A stretch of 64,000 nt of DNA, taken from NCBI RefSeq assembly GCF_036321535.1, contig NC_087436.1:108068001-108132000 (forward strand), read 5' to 3'. The translations under genes were made by a program, and so were the position numbers. Below, one piece after another: positions 38,900 to 51,185 of this stretch. Source of the DNA: Camelus dromedarius (taxonomy: Eukaryota). Below the pieces are notes generated by a model. The model had not been told where the DNA came from and did no database searches. It saw nothing but the letters and a program-made list of their open reading frames with translations. Position 1 is the first letter of the stretch. Each line of letters opens with the position of its first letter.

Positions 38900-39450
38900 G
38901 CCTTTTTTGGCAGTGGAGTGGGGAAATCATTTTGTGCAGCCTTGGCTCCTGAGATTCCTCCCCAGCAGGCTTGATTGCATTAGCAGGCTCCTTTTATTGG
39001 TATCCAAAAGGTTCCAGCCCCAGTGACCTGTCATCTGTCCCCTCACCTGCTTACATGCTGATTCATTGATGAGCTGGCATTGCAGGCCCCGCCTCCCTCT
39101 GAATGGTCTGTGAGGTTGAGATCGCTCCTGGAGAGGGATGCTGAGCTGAACCACAGTGGGTTACTACAAGTGTGAAGCAGCAGCCTATCTGTTGCCACAG
39201 AAGAACTTGGTGACCGTACCGAGCCGCAGCCCTTTCTCGGCACCCTGTTACTATTCTGTCTGTATCCGGCTTGTCTAGCTTTTTAAAGGAATTTCTGATT
39301 CAGGCACTAACAGCTAATTCCACAGGAGTTGTAAGGCAGCCTGTGACACAAACTGAGAAAGAACTTTCCCCTCAGAGACTGTCTTTTTTTTTTTTTTTTT
39401 TACTGGCAAAGACTTCTGGCTCTCCTCAGAGGAATACCTTGTTGCTTAAG
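38900..39450 (+). promoter_or_regulatory. KCNIP4: Putative alternative promoter and 5' UTR of the KCNIP4 exon
   Basis: Locally GC-richer with no recognisable repeat. GC-box-like GGCCCCGCCTCC at 39085-39096, reverse CCAAT (ATTGG) at 38996-39000, E-box CACCTG at 39044-39049. No ATG between ~39142 and the start codon; T18 tract at 39384-39401. The TSS cannot be determined from sequence. Confidence 0.55.
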
Positions 39451-39538
39451 ATGAGTGGCTGTAGAAAACGGTGTAAACGTGAAATATTGAAATTTGCCCA
39501 GTACCTTCTCAGACTATTAACAGGTTCTCTTCATACAG
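39451..39538 (+). CDS. KCNIP4: Alternative first coding exon of Kv channel-interacting protein 4 (N-terminus MSGCRKRCKREILKFAQYLLRLLTGSLHT + first base of next codon)
   Basis: ATG at 39451 (aagATGa, A at -3), 29 codons plus G, then donor CAG|GTAATG (GT at 39539). The peptide matches my recollection of a KCNIP4 isoform N-terminus that splices in phase 1 to the core exon (D-SVEDELEM...). It is paralogous to the KCNIP1 variant MSGCSKRCKLGFVKFAQTIFKLITGTLSK. The core EF-hand exons are outside the window. Confidence 0.9.
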
Positions 39539-42500
39539 GTAATGAATTTTTTTTTTTAAATAGAGGCTGGTGGAGTATAGTACCGAAGTTGAAATGGAAT
39601 AGGAAAGGCTCACTATTTCTGTGTCGTGTTTATTTTTAATGTTGTCAATAAAATACAGTAGTGTGTGCTGAGATCCACGTTTCTAAAAATGTGTGCAGTG
39701 CAGCTGTAATTTGGGGAGAGAACTGGATTCTGTGGATGTATCTTTTATGTCTTTTTGGCAGTGCCGTTGTTAAATGTGCCTCAATCGAAGGAGGCAGTGT
39801 CTGCAGAGTAGAAAGATTTTTTAAAAATGCATGATTGTGTGAGGGTTTTTTTTCCCCTCTCTCCCGCTTGCTGCAGTTTGCTGGAAAATCACAAAGCTGT
39901 TCTTCCTGCAGGTATTTAGAAATTCTCTAGAACTCTTTGATCATTATAATCCATAGATTATTTCCGGTATTTGATTCTAGAACTTAACAGTGAAAGAGTT
40001 AAGAACATTTCTTTTGGATTTCTGAATTCCTTGCAGAATGTGAGCAAAATATGAAAACAGCTGAAGAGTATAATGTCCATGAGAGCTTTGATATTTGTTT
40101 CATTGCAGTGGATTTTAATGTTTAACAATTTGCATGATTGAAATAGAAACTCTATTTAAATCTAAGTGTTGATAGAAAGAAAATATTTTTAAGACGTTCC
40201 AAAATTATGAGGCTGCCCTCATAATTATTATTTTGCTGCCCGTGAAATTCCTAGGCAATGCAGTCTTTAAGATAGTGACAGGTGGGACCAAAACTACTTT
40301 GACTCTGATAATAGGCATTTTTAATGGACTATCAAACTTCTGAGAGGCAAATCTTGGTTGATATAATACTACACTTTGATTCTGACCGACGAATTATTGA
40401 TAGCTTTATTTTTTTCAACTTAAATTTGTCTTCTTCAATCTAAATTATGAGAAAGAAGAGTTAGAAGAGAAACCTCTACACTATGATGCAAGGTTGAGAG
40501 ATGAATTTGAGGGACATTTTCTTTAGGAAGTAAACTCTTGATGGTGAAGAGCAGAACTGCATATATGATTATGTTGACAAGCAGATTAGGAAAAACAGCT
40601 TCAAGGGAATAACTGTAAAAATCAAATGATTTATTAGAGCATTATTAAGTATTAATAAAGACATTAATAGGACTGTTATCGGATGCTAATCTTTAAGCAG
40701 TGCAAATTGTGGTGGCTTTTGATGCTTTTAAGAATAATCATTGAGAATCCGTATCTGACTTTTGTTAACCTGGAGCTCCATTGTATTTTTCACCCAGTTT
40801 TTACACTTCTAAACTTAGTCCCAATATGACTTTGCTGTATCATGTCAATTGTGATCAATAATACCAGTATGATATTTGCATGAAACATTCAATTAAGGAT
40901 GGTGTGTCATTTATAATATCATATTTTATTGGGCAACTCTCAGTAGATGATCTTTTATCTTGCTATGAAATTAGAGAAATATTTTTAAAAGAAAGCTTTC
41001 TATGAGGTTTCCATGGTAGTCTGTATTTTTCTCTTTAATAAGGCAATTTTAAGATTCTATCTATTTCTTACTGGATTTGGGTTCAGTGCTCTGCCCTTTT
41101 TTTTGCTCAGTCTATTTGTGTATAGGTTTCAGAAACTTCTGATTTCAAAGAATTTTATGGGGATGATAAACAGTTTCGAAGTCATAAACCATAAGCATTG
41201 ACTCCAAAATGTGATGGTTTGCTAATAATGACTGCAAGATAATTTATAATATGAAATTTACGGAAAGCTAGGATAGCAGAAATATTTTAAGCCTTATTTA
41301 ATGCATATTTAGAAATCAATATAGGTAGGATTCCTTCTTTTCATGTTGAACCACAGGAGAGAAAAATAAGGGCTTTGAGAAATAGGACAGAGTATTATAA
41401 AGTAGTAGATAGATTTATAACTTGGGAAATGTGATTACAGCAACTTGTTTCTTGTAAAAATTCTTTTCGGCTCAGTCTCTAATGCTAAATGTTGTAAAAA
41501 TCCAGCCGGAATCTTTACAACTGCTCAAAATGCAACTTGGAAAAGCCAGCTTGTGCACTTACTAGGTGCTGTGATAGTATAGACTGTTCATATTGCAGAA
41601 TCTAATGTAAAATTCATTAGAGCACTTTCAAGTCCCTTAGCTAGTAATTAATGAAGAAGTAGGAAGCAGAGTTGAATTAGTTTAAAAAATTTGCTTTAAG
41701 GTTGGATATATGCAAGCAGCTGCTAATTGAATCCTGAACAATCAGCGTATGTCTTTGTAGTTATCAAAAATTTAAAACAATATGAATATGCCTTGGATGA
41801 TGTTTTTTGTTTTATCATTTTACCAACAAGCCCTTTATCTTCACTTTTTCAATGAAACATGTGATCTAAGGAAATAGTGATTTTGTTTTACACTTGAAAA
41901 CAAGTTATTTCTGAAACACATAATCTGTATGGCTGGCAGTTCCCTTTCATTTGATACCAGAATGCCCATGGCTTTACACAAACAGAAGATTTGAAGTGCA
42001 AAGAAATTTTCATGGGCACAAACTCCCCTTTGATGTGTCTTATTAGTGTTATCACACATTAGAGGAAAGCAGTTTTCTTTCCTGGGAGCTTTTCATACAA
42101 GTTTTGGCAATGACTAGGATTGCTTATAAATAAATAATTTAAAATCAGTGATTTTTCTAAAATAATCTTTATGTTTGAGAGTGCAAATTCAGTGGTAAAG
42201 ATTTGTCCAGATAAAACAAGATACCTTCATTTTACCAGGAACTTTTTATATATTTTTCTCATGGCAAATCATTTTTCAAAGAGTGGATTTTACGAACACA
42301 TATATTGGCCTTATGTATCATGAAAATATATCAGCATTTTAAAAGATTCTTTGGTAATAATAAACCTCAGAAATCCATATGCAAACATAATAAGTCAGTG
42401 GCAACCACGTGCAATATGTGGTGTCATGCGACACAGGATCAGTTATCCTAATTCCTTCTCAATTTGAGACCTACATCTTCTTGTGCCACATTCTAGTCAA

Positions 42501-43080
42501 ATCTAGATGGGGCTCATGGTAACCAATATATTCTTGTACATTTGAAACAATGGAGATGCTTTATGGGAATTGTAATATGACGTTAGTAGTATGAGACTTA
42601 TTCTATTGATGGACAATTTGTGAACTATAGGAACTTACAGGACACGCTGTCGTATAAATCACTGACCCATTTAAAAGGCTCAAAGCTGTGACAGATACCA
42701 AATTTTAAACTGTTTCTTCTTTACGTGTGAAATTTAGTATTGGAATGTTTTGTGGTACTTTTTGAGAGGTTGTTTAGACATTTATCAATTCTCTGTTCAT
42801 AGTTTTCTTGAAACATCAAGACCTGAACATTTTCCTGTTAGTCCCAAAACATATGTCTGAGGGGCTGTTGCCTGGAGCTCAGTTGCAGACTTCAAGACTG
42901 CAAGCCACAGGTGTGGCGAAGTTCAGCGCTCCACCTGGGAAACGGAAGCAATTCAAAGCAGAACATTCTGTTAAGCATTGAATTGGTGTTTAACTAGTGG
43001 GTTGGAGTACTTCAGATTTAATAAAATTGTATTATTAAAAGCATGACATTAGCATTCATCGTTTCATCGAGTAGAATTTT

Positions 43081-43102
43081 AGAGAGAGAGAGAGAGAGAG
43101 AG
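43081..43102. repeat. (AG)11 microsatellite
   Basis: Perfect run. Confidence 0.95.
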
Positions 43103-44447
43103 CATTTGTTTCCCAAATTTGCATTGAGTTAACTTCCAGTGTTATCAGTATTGAAGTGAGTGTAGATCAAGCCATTCACGAGCTGGTGATATAAAGATTT
43201 AGATATTTCTTTTTATGTTGCATTTTTAAAGTGTGAATAGAAAATAAAGGGGGATGCTTAGCAAAATAAGAGACTTAAGAAAGCTTGTTTCTCACGCCAT
43301 GCAGTTCTTTTTTCTGCCTCTTCTTTCCCCCCTGATTACACATCCCACCACGTTTTCTATTCCCTCTGACATCCTCTTCTGTCCCTCATCTCTGCCACAT
43401 CTAAATACAGGGCAGATACACCTCATGCAAAAGATGTGTTCCTGAAGACCTCACATCATTAAAAATCCACAAAACTCAGGTTTCATCCTAGCAAAAGATG
43501 ACCAGAGTTTTTATTTCCCAGTTCACGTGGCCCTGCCATGTGAAATGGAATAAACAGTTTATCATCACTTGGCCTGCCAGCTCTGAAATGATGCTCTTCT
43601 TGATTACATTTTTATTTTTTAATTCATTCAGACTTGGCTGATAAAGGGAGATCGTATTTCTTACAGCACTGTGTAAAATGCGCATTATTGAAATGCGCAT
43701 AAGATGCCACCAGGTTATGCTCAGTTTTCTTGTGCTTCTCCCGTTGAAACCTGCCCTCAGATAAGAGAGCAAAAGATGTTGTTTATTCTTGACTACCAAG
43801 GAATATGTAATTGCGTTGGTTTTCCCAGAAGAGTTTACATTTTAAACTTTCTCAGAAAAATGATTTTGGCCTCGATGAATGAACTTGACTTTGCATTCAG
43901 GAGTGAAGGGCTATTTTGAGAGATTCAGCATCTTGCCTAATCTCAGCTGCCAGTGCTGCCCAGTTTGGTTAGAGGGTCCCTAGGCTCACTGGGCAAAACA
44001 CCCGTGTGTGTGGATTCCTGGTTGCCTCTTTCATTTCAGAAGAAAATCTGCACATTAATGTTTAATAGCCTTGTACTTTGTGTTCTTTACCACATAATTC
44101 ATATATTAGGTGAACATGTAGGGCTTAAAGACTCTTCCAGAGAGGAGATTGTTTTGATCATTGTGAGAACTTCAAAGTAGTGGCAATCTGATTTCATGTC
44201 TTCGTCATGTTAAACTCTTAAAACTCATTTCTTGACTAATTGACAAAATTAATCATGTGGTCTCGAAGGAAGAGCTAATATTCATTGGAGAGGCTGTGTT
44301 TGCCCCATTTGGTTAAGGTAATCAGCGATTTCTTAGCAGAAACTTCAACAGTTACACATCAGTGCTTCATTTAAATATGCAAAGAAATATTAACATTTCA
44401 CCATACAGCACAGAAGTAGCGGAGGATATTATACATTGATTGCGATA

Positions 44448-44820
44448 TGTATCAGTTATGTTCCTGGCAGGAAGGAGATCTCAGGAAAATCATTTAATAA
44501 AGGGACTGTACATGGGAAAGGGTAAGGAAATCAAGAGGAGGTAAGGTAAGGTCTAGTAACAGGAGAGCGCCGAAGGAGCCAGGGGTGAGAACCATTTCTG
44601 AAGCCTGGAGAGGGAACCTGTATGCAGAAGGCTGCTTGACAGGCAAGGTGGCCTTTAGTCCAGGGACACAGCCAACCCATGGGGACCTGACAAGAAGGAA
44701 GCTCAGGCAAAAAAAAAAAAAAAAAAAAAGGAAATTGCTGGCCTCTCCTTCCCAACCTCAGATTTTTTGCTAGTGTTTCCACGCGCTGACCCTATCCTAG
44801 AAGCCAGTGGGAAAGCTACT
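44448..44820 (-). mobile_element. ERVL LTR (LTR33-like) with internal A-run
   Basis: tgtatcagttatgttcctggcaggaa...tttaataaagggact...gtggcctttagtccagggacacagccaacc...agaagccagtgggaaag. Confidence 0.65.
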
Positions 44821-47414
44821 CTAAGTAAGAGAAGGATGGTCATGACCCTATTTATTATTTTATATTCACCCCCTCCCACTCACAAGGCTTTCTTTGTTTA
44901 AAATTACTGGCGTTGGTCACGTTGCTTGCCCTCAAAAGATACTGAAAGCGGCACAAGCAGGCTACTCATAGCCCTGGGGTGACTCCTAGGGCGCCTGTCA
45001 TTCTACCCCATCTTTCAACATCGTTGTTTATCTTTTACTTTGACCACATAGCTTCTGTTCAGAATTTCTCTGTGATTCTTAAACTTTATAAGGAAAAGAA
45101 ACCTACACCTTCAAACAAATGGACTCTGTTTTTGAGGCGATGTCACTGTCACATTAAATGGCACGTGGAAACAAGGTGATGCTTGTTGTAGAGGTAGGTG
45201 GCATTGCCACCCAGGATGATCTGGTTGTGGCCTGTGCTTGCTGAGTCTGGTGATGGACTGCTTTTGAAAAATTACATTTTCTCTTCAAGCTACTTTTTCC
45301 AGCATTGGGATACAATGTGGTTTGGGGGGAAGGAGCCAGGATCGGAGGAGCTGCCCTTTACTTGTGGGAAAAAAGCAAAATCCATCTGGCCATGATTGAA
45401 ATCAGCATTAATATATGTCTTTTGCAGTGTATGGCAAACAGTTTGACAAACAAACGAGTTTTGATCAAGTCTCTGCAAACCGTAGGTCTGTGCCTAACAG
45501 TCTCCATTTCTTCTGCCTGACAGAGGTGCTGCCGTGCCATCAGAACATCTCAGGATGTTCTTCCCAGGGGGCTCATGTTCACTCTTTTTTTTTTAAAAAG
45601 GTGAAAGGACTCTATAGCAGATCAACATATAATACTGGCTAAGGAGGGCTAACGAATTGTTATTTTCAGGGAGAATGAGTCGGAGAACTGAATGAGTGGC
45701 CGGGATGGGAGGAGGAGGACTGTGCCGAGTTTTGTGTGGAGGAGCAAACTTGTGAAAGGCGTTCCATCATTTGACATCCTTCTTTATGCGTCTCATGTCT
45801 GGCTCACTATCTAGCTCTGTTTTGCTTCCTGTAGTGTCCTTTCGTCACAGTCTTAATGCCCGTAATATAAATATATGACATTAAAAACAAAGGCAAACAA
45901 TTCTGAGAATGTGTTCCAGGAGAGCTGCTCTTTCTGCTCAGCCTCCAGCTATGCTTCCAGAGAGCAACGCCTTGCACAGAAAAAGAGTTAGGAGCCTTGT
46001 GTTGGAATTCTAGCTCTGTCCTTAATTCTACAATTGTGAAAATCACCCAGGCGCTCTGAGCAAAATGGGGGTTTTCTTCCACATATTTCTGTGCCTGGCA
46101 AACATTCAACAAATGAGTAACTTCTGTCATTATGACTGAGCTAATATCTGTAGGATGTTCTGGTTTTTTTTTTTAAATACATTTTCCCTAAAGCTAATTG
46201 GATACCTAATCATTATATGCTTCCTGGTAATTAGGAATAGTTAGAAAGTAACATATATAAATGACTGCAATTTTCAAACTCTTTTGTCTTTTATTATGTT
46301 AGTTTTCAATAACAATAATTGCCATTTATTCATTGAACTAAAGTGTATTAAGTGGTTGTTAAAGGCTGAACTTGTGGTTTTGTAAGCTATTTCTTCATGA
46401 TCCCTTCCTGCCCCACGTTCCTCTGCCTGGAGCAAATAAATGCAAAATAGTCAACTCAACAAGCCAACATGTGCTAAGTTTTCCAAAAGCAGAGGGTAGC
46501 TTTCTCTTGTGGTTTTAGCCAAAGAGAGGTGAGGACAATGGGCAACCCAGATGAGGCAATAAGCCTTTAAAATATGTGCCTCTGAAAAAAATTAGGGAGA
46601 GAGAATCTGGCAAGAGGGAAGGAAGGTGAGAACGTGGCTGGGAGACAGAGGATCAGTGGGATTATTTGTAGGAGAAGGAAATTTTGCTAAAACGCTGAAT
46701 TGCTGCAGAAACTACCAGCAAAGCCCACCAGAAGGTCCTGTTCCTTGTCCAGAAAAGTGCTTCTGTGGCTTACTGAGCAGTCACATAGTGACTGTTACAG
46801 TTAAGCACCTGTCTTCACTTTCTGATGTGCTTTTATTTCATTCCTTTTTGAACTCTCACACTCCAAGTTGCCTGTCTCCTATTGTTCAGCATTCAATTAC
46901 TCATCAACTCTGTATTATTTAACAGATTCAGGTTTTAAGACTTGTATCTCAGATAGATCGGAATCTTCTAAGCGCATAAAAGTATTTAATTCTCCAGTTT
47001 TACCTAGCACAGTGTTTACTGTGTATCTGTTCAAAAATATAGATTTGTGGGAGGATATTATAAGTAAGGATCAGTTTCTTTCTCCATATAATTTAGTGTG
47101 TTCCTTTCTGACTCACGTTACCAGTCTTAGATTATACCGCTTGAGCATCCCATGGGGAAGCCATCCTAAGGTGCCAAATCTCGGGTGTGGCGAGACTAAG
47201 ATATAAAACTAGATTAGTCAGAATCCAAGCTGTGTGTTTGTTTCACGACACAGTTCTCCCTCCTCAAACTCAGACTAAGTCTGAAGAGCTTGTGATAACT
47301 TTAATTCTCAGCTCAAACATCATTTTATGAAGCTGCTTGCTGACCATCCAATCCAAAATAGCCCCTCTCATAATGACTTTCTTTTAATCAGCTTTCTGAA
47401 ATGTCTTTTATAGA

Positions 47415-47533
47415 TAAGGTGGCCAAAACTGGGGCACTTTTGAGACTACAAGGAGGTAATCTTAATAATCACAGCAGAAATACAGGCATAAACCAAGACT
47501 GTCCCAGACATACTAAGATATATGGTCACCTTA
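47415..47533. mobile_element. MER94-like hAT-Blackjack MITE
   Basis: TIRs taaggtggcca / tggtcacctta; internal ggggcacttttgaga...caggcataaaccaagactgtccc. Confidence 0.75.
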
Positions 47534-47567
47534 TCCACAGAAATTACCACGATCTGAAATAATTTAG

Positions 47568-47691
47568 TGGGGAGGGTATATAGCTCAGTGGTAGAGCACA
47601 TGCTTAGCATGTGCAAGGTCCTGGGTTCAATCCCCAGCACCTCCATTAAAAAATAAATAAATGAACCAAATTACCACCCCCGAATTTGGAA
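47568..47691 (+). mobile_element. Camelid tRNA-derived SINE (vic-1-like)
   Basis: ggggagggtatatagctcagtggtagagcacatgcttagcatgtgcaaggtcctgggttcaatccccagcacctcc + A-rich tail; perfect TSD aaataatttag at 47557-47567 and 47692-47702. Confidence 0.92.
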
Positions 47692-49204
47692 AAATAATTT
47701 AGATTATTTATAGGTGTCTATAAAACTGGGATGTGAACTTCTTTTTAAGGATCATGTTTGTTTTGTTCATTATTGTACTCCAGTGTTTAGACCATGCCTA
47801 GTGCACAGTAAATGTTTACTAAGTAGTTATTGGATGTTTGACTAAATTGCACAGCAGTGCTTTTTAAAGGACAGAGCTACATCTCCTGCCTCTGTTTCAC
47901 TACATGTCTCCCCCAAAGTCGGTAGCCTTGTGACTGTTTGCCTGTATCATTCCTTCTGATCTTGGCCGCGTCAGCTACTCACTGGTTCTAATCTCTGCTG
48001 TGGTTCTGCTGCTGTCTTATCTCTGCCCAGTACTTCTTGCCATTATAGAAACTGTGTAGATAATCCGGAGCCCTGGAAGTCTGAATTCTCTCTAATTGTG
48101 CACAGAGGAATTGTAACTATCCATTTTAAAATAGAGGTAGGTGTGGTATATTTTCTCATTTGTTTCAAAAGGCACATATCCGGTGAATGATTTACATGTA
48201 AAGTTCTATGTGTTTGTATTTTCTCATTTTTCTACAATGAACATCATACATGTATAATGATTACATTTTCATGTTTTTAAGATGATAGTGTAGACAGGTA
48301 TAGGTTCTTTCAGTCTTTAACTATGGTAAACCTGCTGGAAAAAGATACCACCTTGGCTGTACTGTAATTTTAAGTATGTATAATATATACAATCAGGATT
48401 TAAATTGATATATCCGCAGTTCTCTTCCCCAGCTTGCATACCCCTTTGAGAAAGTTTTAAGTTCCCCTAGCTCAGTATTATCACCTTTACACTGGGAAGA
48501 TTTCCATTTTGCAAGGTAACCAGGTTAGGATGAGAAGTTTAAAGCCTGCCAAAGAGTCATGTTCCTCTTCTATGATGCACCCTTAAAATACTGGAGCCTG
48601 TTTTATTACTTATATGTGAGTTCTCTAACCATTTTATAATTCTCTGAGCCAAACAAAAGTCAAAAGTCTTCAAAGAGCCATGAAGCCAGTTCTATAAACG
48701 GCTTTTAGAACGTTAAAGATCAGTTTTATGCTGTGTCTGCTAAAGATCCCCAAGGGAAACCAGACAGCCAACTGCTGGGCATATACCCAGATACATGCAA
48801 ATGTGTCTTTCAGTGATGCCCTCCTCGCTCATGTCCAAGGAAAGGCATAGTCTGTGGTCTTGGAAGGTTGAGAAGCTTGTTCATCATCAAAATAGTGAAA
48901 ATACACAGCATAACGACAATAATGAAAGCAAGGCTACGTAGATTATGTTATTTATATAAATAGTTGTGTTGGGTATGCCATTGTATCATAGACATGCAAA
49001 ATCTCAATGGATCATAGCAATTATTTGGTCTGACTTCTTTATTTTCAGAAGAGAATATTGAAGACTGAGTTACTCACGTGATTTTATCAAGATCATGAGA
49101 GGTGGTTAGTCCTATTACTAGTCCATTACGCTACCATTCCAGAAGACGTTGTTCTCACAACCTTACATTGTAGTAAGTGCCTGTGGTGGTGGCTTGGTCT
49201 GACA

Positions 49205-49330
49205 AAAATACCTGGTCTTGGCAACCAAGAAGACCTGAACTTAAATCTTAGCACCATTGTATTTTAGCCAGTGACCTTGGGCAAGTTTACATTCTTCCCA
49301 TACCTGTTTCTTCATCAGAAAAATGAACTG
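49205..49330 (+). mobile_element. MIR fragment
   Basis: aagacctgaacttaaatc...gtgaccttgggcaagtttac...ctgtttcttcatcagaaaaatg. Confidence 0.7.
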
Positions 49331-50324
49331 ATCCCAATTAAAAATTAAAAAATACTTTTTCAAGCCAGTATGTTTAATGATAGCAGTTGGGATCAGTACT
49401 CATTCGGGTAGTCCTAAGCCCTGTTTTGGGCACTGATAAATCAGTGCTAAGTGTAGCCAACACCATTCAGTTGTTTTGGAGTCCTCAGGAAAGGTCACAG
49501 TGTGTTCAATTCATATCAATTTAAAATTTTCAAACAGCAAATAGAATATGTAACTCAAAAATATCCTTCAAAAATGGTGAAATTTAAAATCTGTATACTT
49601 GAAGGATTGTACTTAATTATGCTTTAATGCTCTCTTATTAAAAAAAACCTTCTACCTAAAAATGTCATTTTACTTATATATTGCTCCAATACTTGGAGCA
49701 AGGATATTTTTGCTAAAAATTTATGAGTCTAAAGCCCTTACATTTTTAAAAATCAGTAGTTAAATAAAGGGTTTTTTTTCCCCCTCACCAAAGGATAAAG
49801 TTAATAACTGTTCTGTCTTACCTATTTCCTGGAGAACAAAGTATAATAGAATTAAACAACAACAATGCAAAGTAGAAATGATCTATTTCAGAAGTCAATA
49901 TTAAGAACCTGCTAATTTCTTAAATTCTTTATGAAATATCATAGGAGATGAGAGGTATGCATAGATTAAAATCCTATCTTTAGGAAGGTCAGATTTATTT
50001 AATGTAATTCATTAATTTATGCTTTGAGACTTCAGTTATTACTGATAAAATATGCTCAACCTGGAGAAGTATTTTATTGTGAAATATGAATTTTAAAAAT
50101 TTCAGTCATTATGTAAATTTGAAGAATACACAATGACTACATTCTCAAGAGTTTAGAATAAGAAAAGCATTCATTGGAAATATGAAGTCAGCCCATTCAA
50201 GCCTCTAAGAGTTTAGGTAAATTGTATGTCTTTCTCTTTGTTTCATTTAATGTGGTACTGAAGTTTTTATATCAAAGTAAGCTTTTTGTTTTCCTTTTTA
50301 CTTGTGCAACTGTATGTTTCAGAC

Positions 50325-50410
50325 CTTGACCTCTAGTAATAGACCCGTGTATGAAACCTGGCTTCATCACTGATTAGCAGTATGACCTTGGGCAAGTCTG
50401 TGCCTCTCTT
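50325..50410 (+). mobile_element. MIR fragment
   Basis: cctggcttcatcactgattagcagtatgaccttgggcaagtc. Confidence 0.65.
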
Positions 50411-50764
50411 AGGCAGTGGTGGTAGTTGAGCTGGGTTTTAGTAGCTGTAGGTTTAGAGATGCTGCACTGGCGATCGAACCATCCAGAAAGAACACAGACA
50501 CAGAGGAGGAGATGTGTAGAGGTAATGCATTGTTAGGTTCCATCTGTTTAGCAGGTATTTGTGGAGTACCTACCCTCTTGATAGGCACTGTTCTGGAGAC
50601 ATGGAGCACATCAGTAAGCAAAAGGTCACTGCACACATGCAGTGGGGGATTGGATAATCGTCATGCTAAGTTGGTTAATTAAGTAGTATGTTAGTGGCTG
50701 ATAAGTGCTCTGGGTCAAATAGAACAGGGTACGTGGGTTTGGGAGGGCTTTGGGAGTTGGGGTA

Positions 50765-51185
50765 TGTGTCAGCTTACTGGAGCTTCTATAACAAAATACC
50801 ACAGATCTGATGCCTTAAACAACAAATTTATTTTCTCACAGCTCTGGAGGTTGGAAGGCGATAAGATCAAGGTGTTGGCACATTTGGTTTCTTTTGAGGA
50901 TGCTCTCCTTGGCTTATAGATAGCCACCTTCTCACTGTGTCCTCACATGGCTGTTTTTGCTCTGTGAAGACATGCCTCTGAGATCTTCCCATGTGTCCAA
51001 ATTTCCTCTTTTTATAAAGATACTAGTCAGACTGTATTAGGCACCCCACCACCACCACTGTAATGGCCTTGTTTAACTGGATCACCTCTTTGAAGACCTT
51101 ATCTACAAATGCAGTCACGTTCTGAAGTGCTGGGGGCTAGGGTTCCAGTGTATCAATTTTAGGAGAACATAGCCAGCCCCTAACA
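50765..51185 (-). mobile_element. MaLR solo LTR (MLT1B-like)
   Basis: TG...CA ends; ataacaaaataccacagatctgatgccttaaacaac...tctcacagctctggagg...caaatgcagtcacgttctgaag. Confidence 0.88.

Larger units (their letters stand above)
47295..47845 (+). mobile_element. L2 3' end, interrupted by MER94 and a SINE
   Basis: tctcagctcaaacatc...ttttgttcattattgtactccagtgtttagaccatgcctagtgcacagtaaatg. Confidence 0.65.

Noticed and set aside
39271..39639. 122-aa ORF as a single-exon protein
   Set aside because: It starts at TTG, crosses a T18 run and reads through a good splice donor. Only 39451-39538 is credible coding sequence.
45358..45540. Minus-strand peptide EEMETVRHRP resembling the KCNIP4 core ELEMATVRHRP
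   Set aside because: It is on the opposite strand to the exon and similarity does not extend into an EF-hand. Treated as coincidence, though a TBLASTN would settle it.
47568..47645. tRNA gene
   Set aside because: The tRNA-like head is followed by an A-rich tail and flanked by a TSD, and two related copies occur in the window, so it is a SINE.
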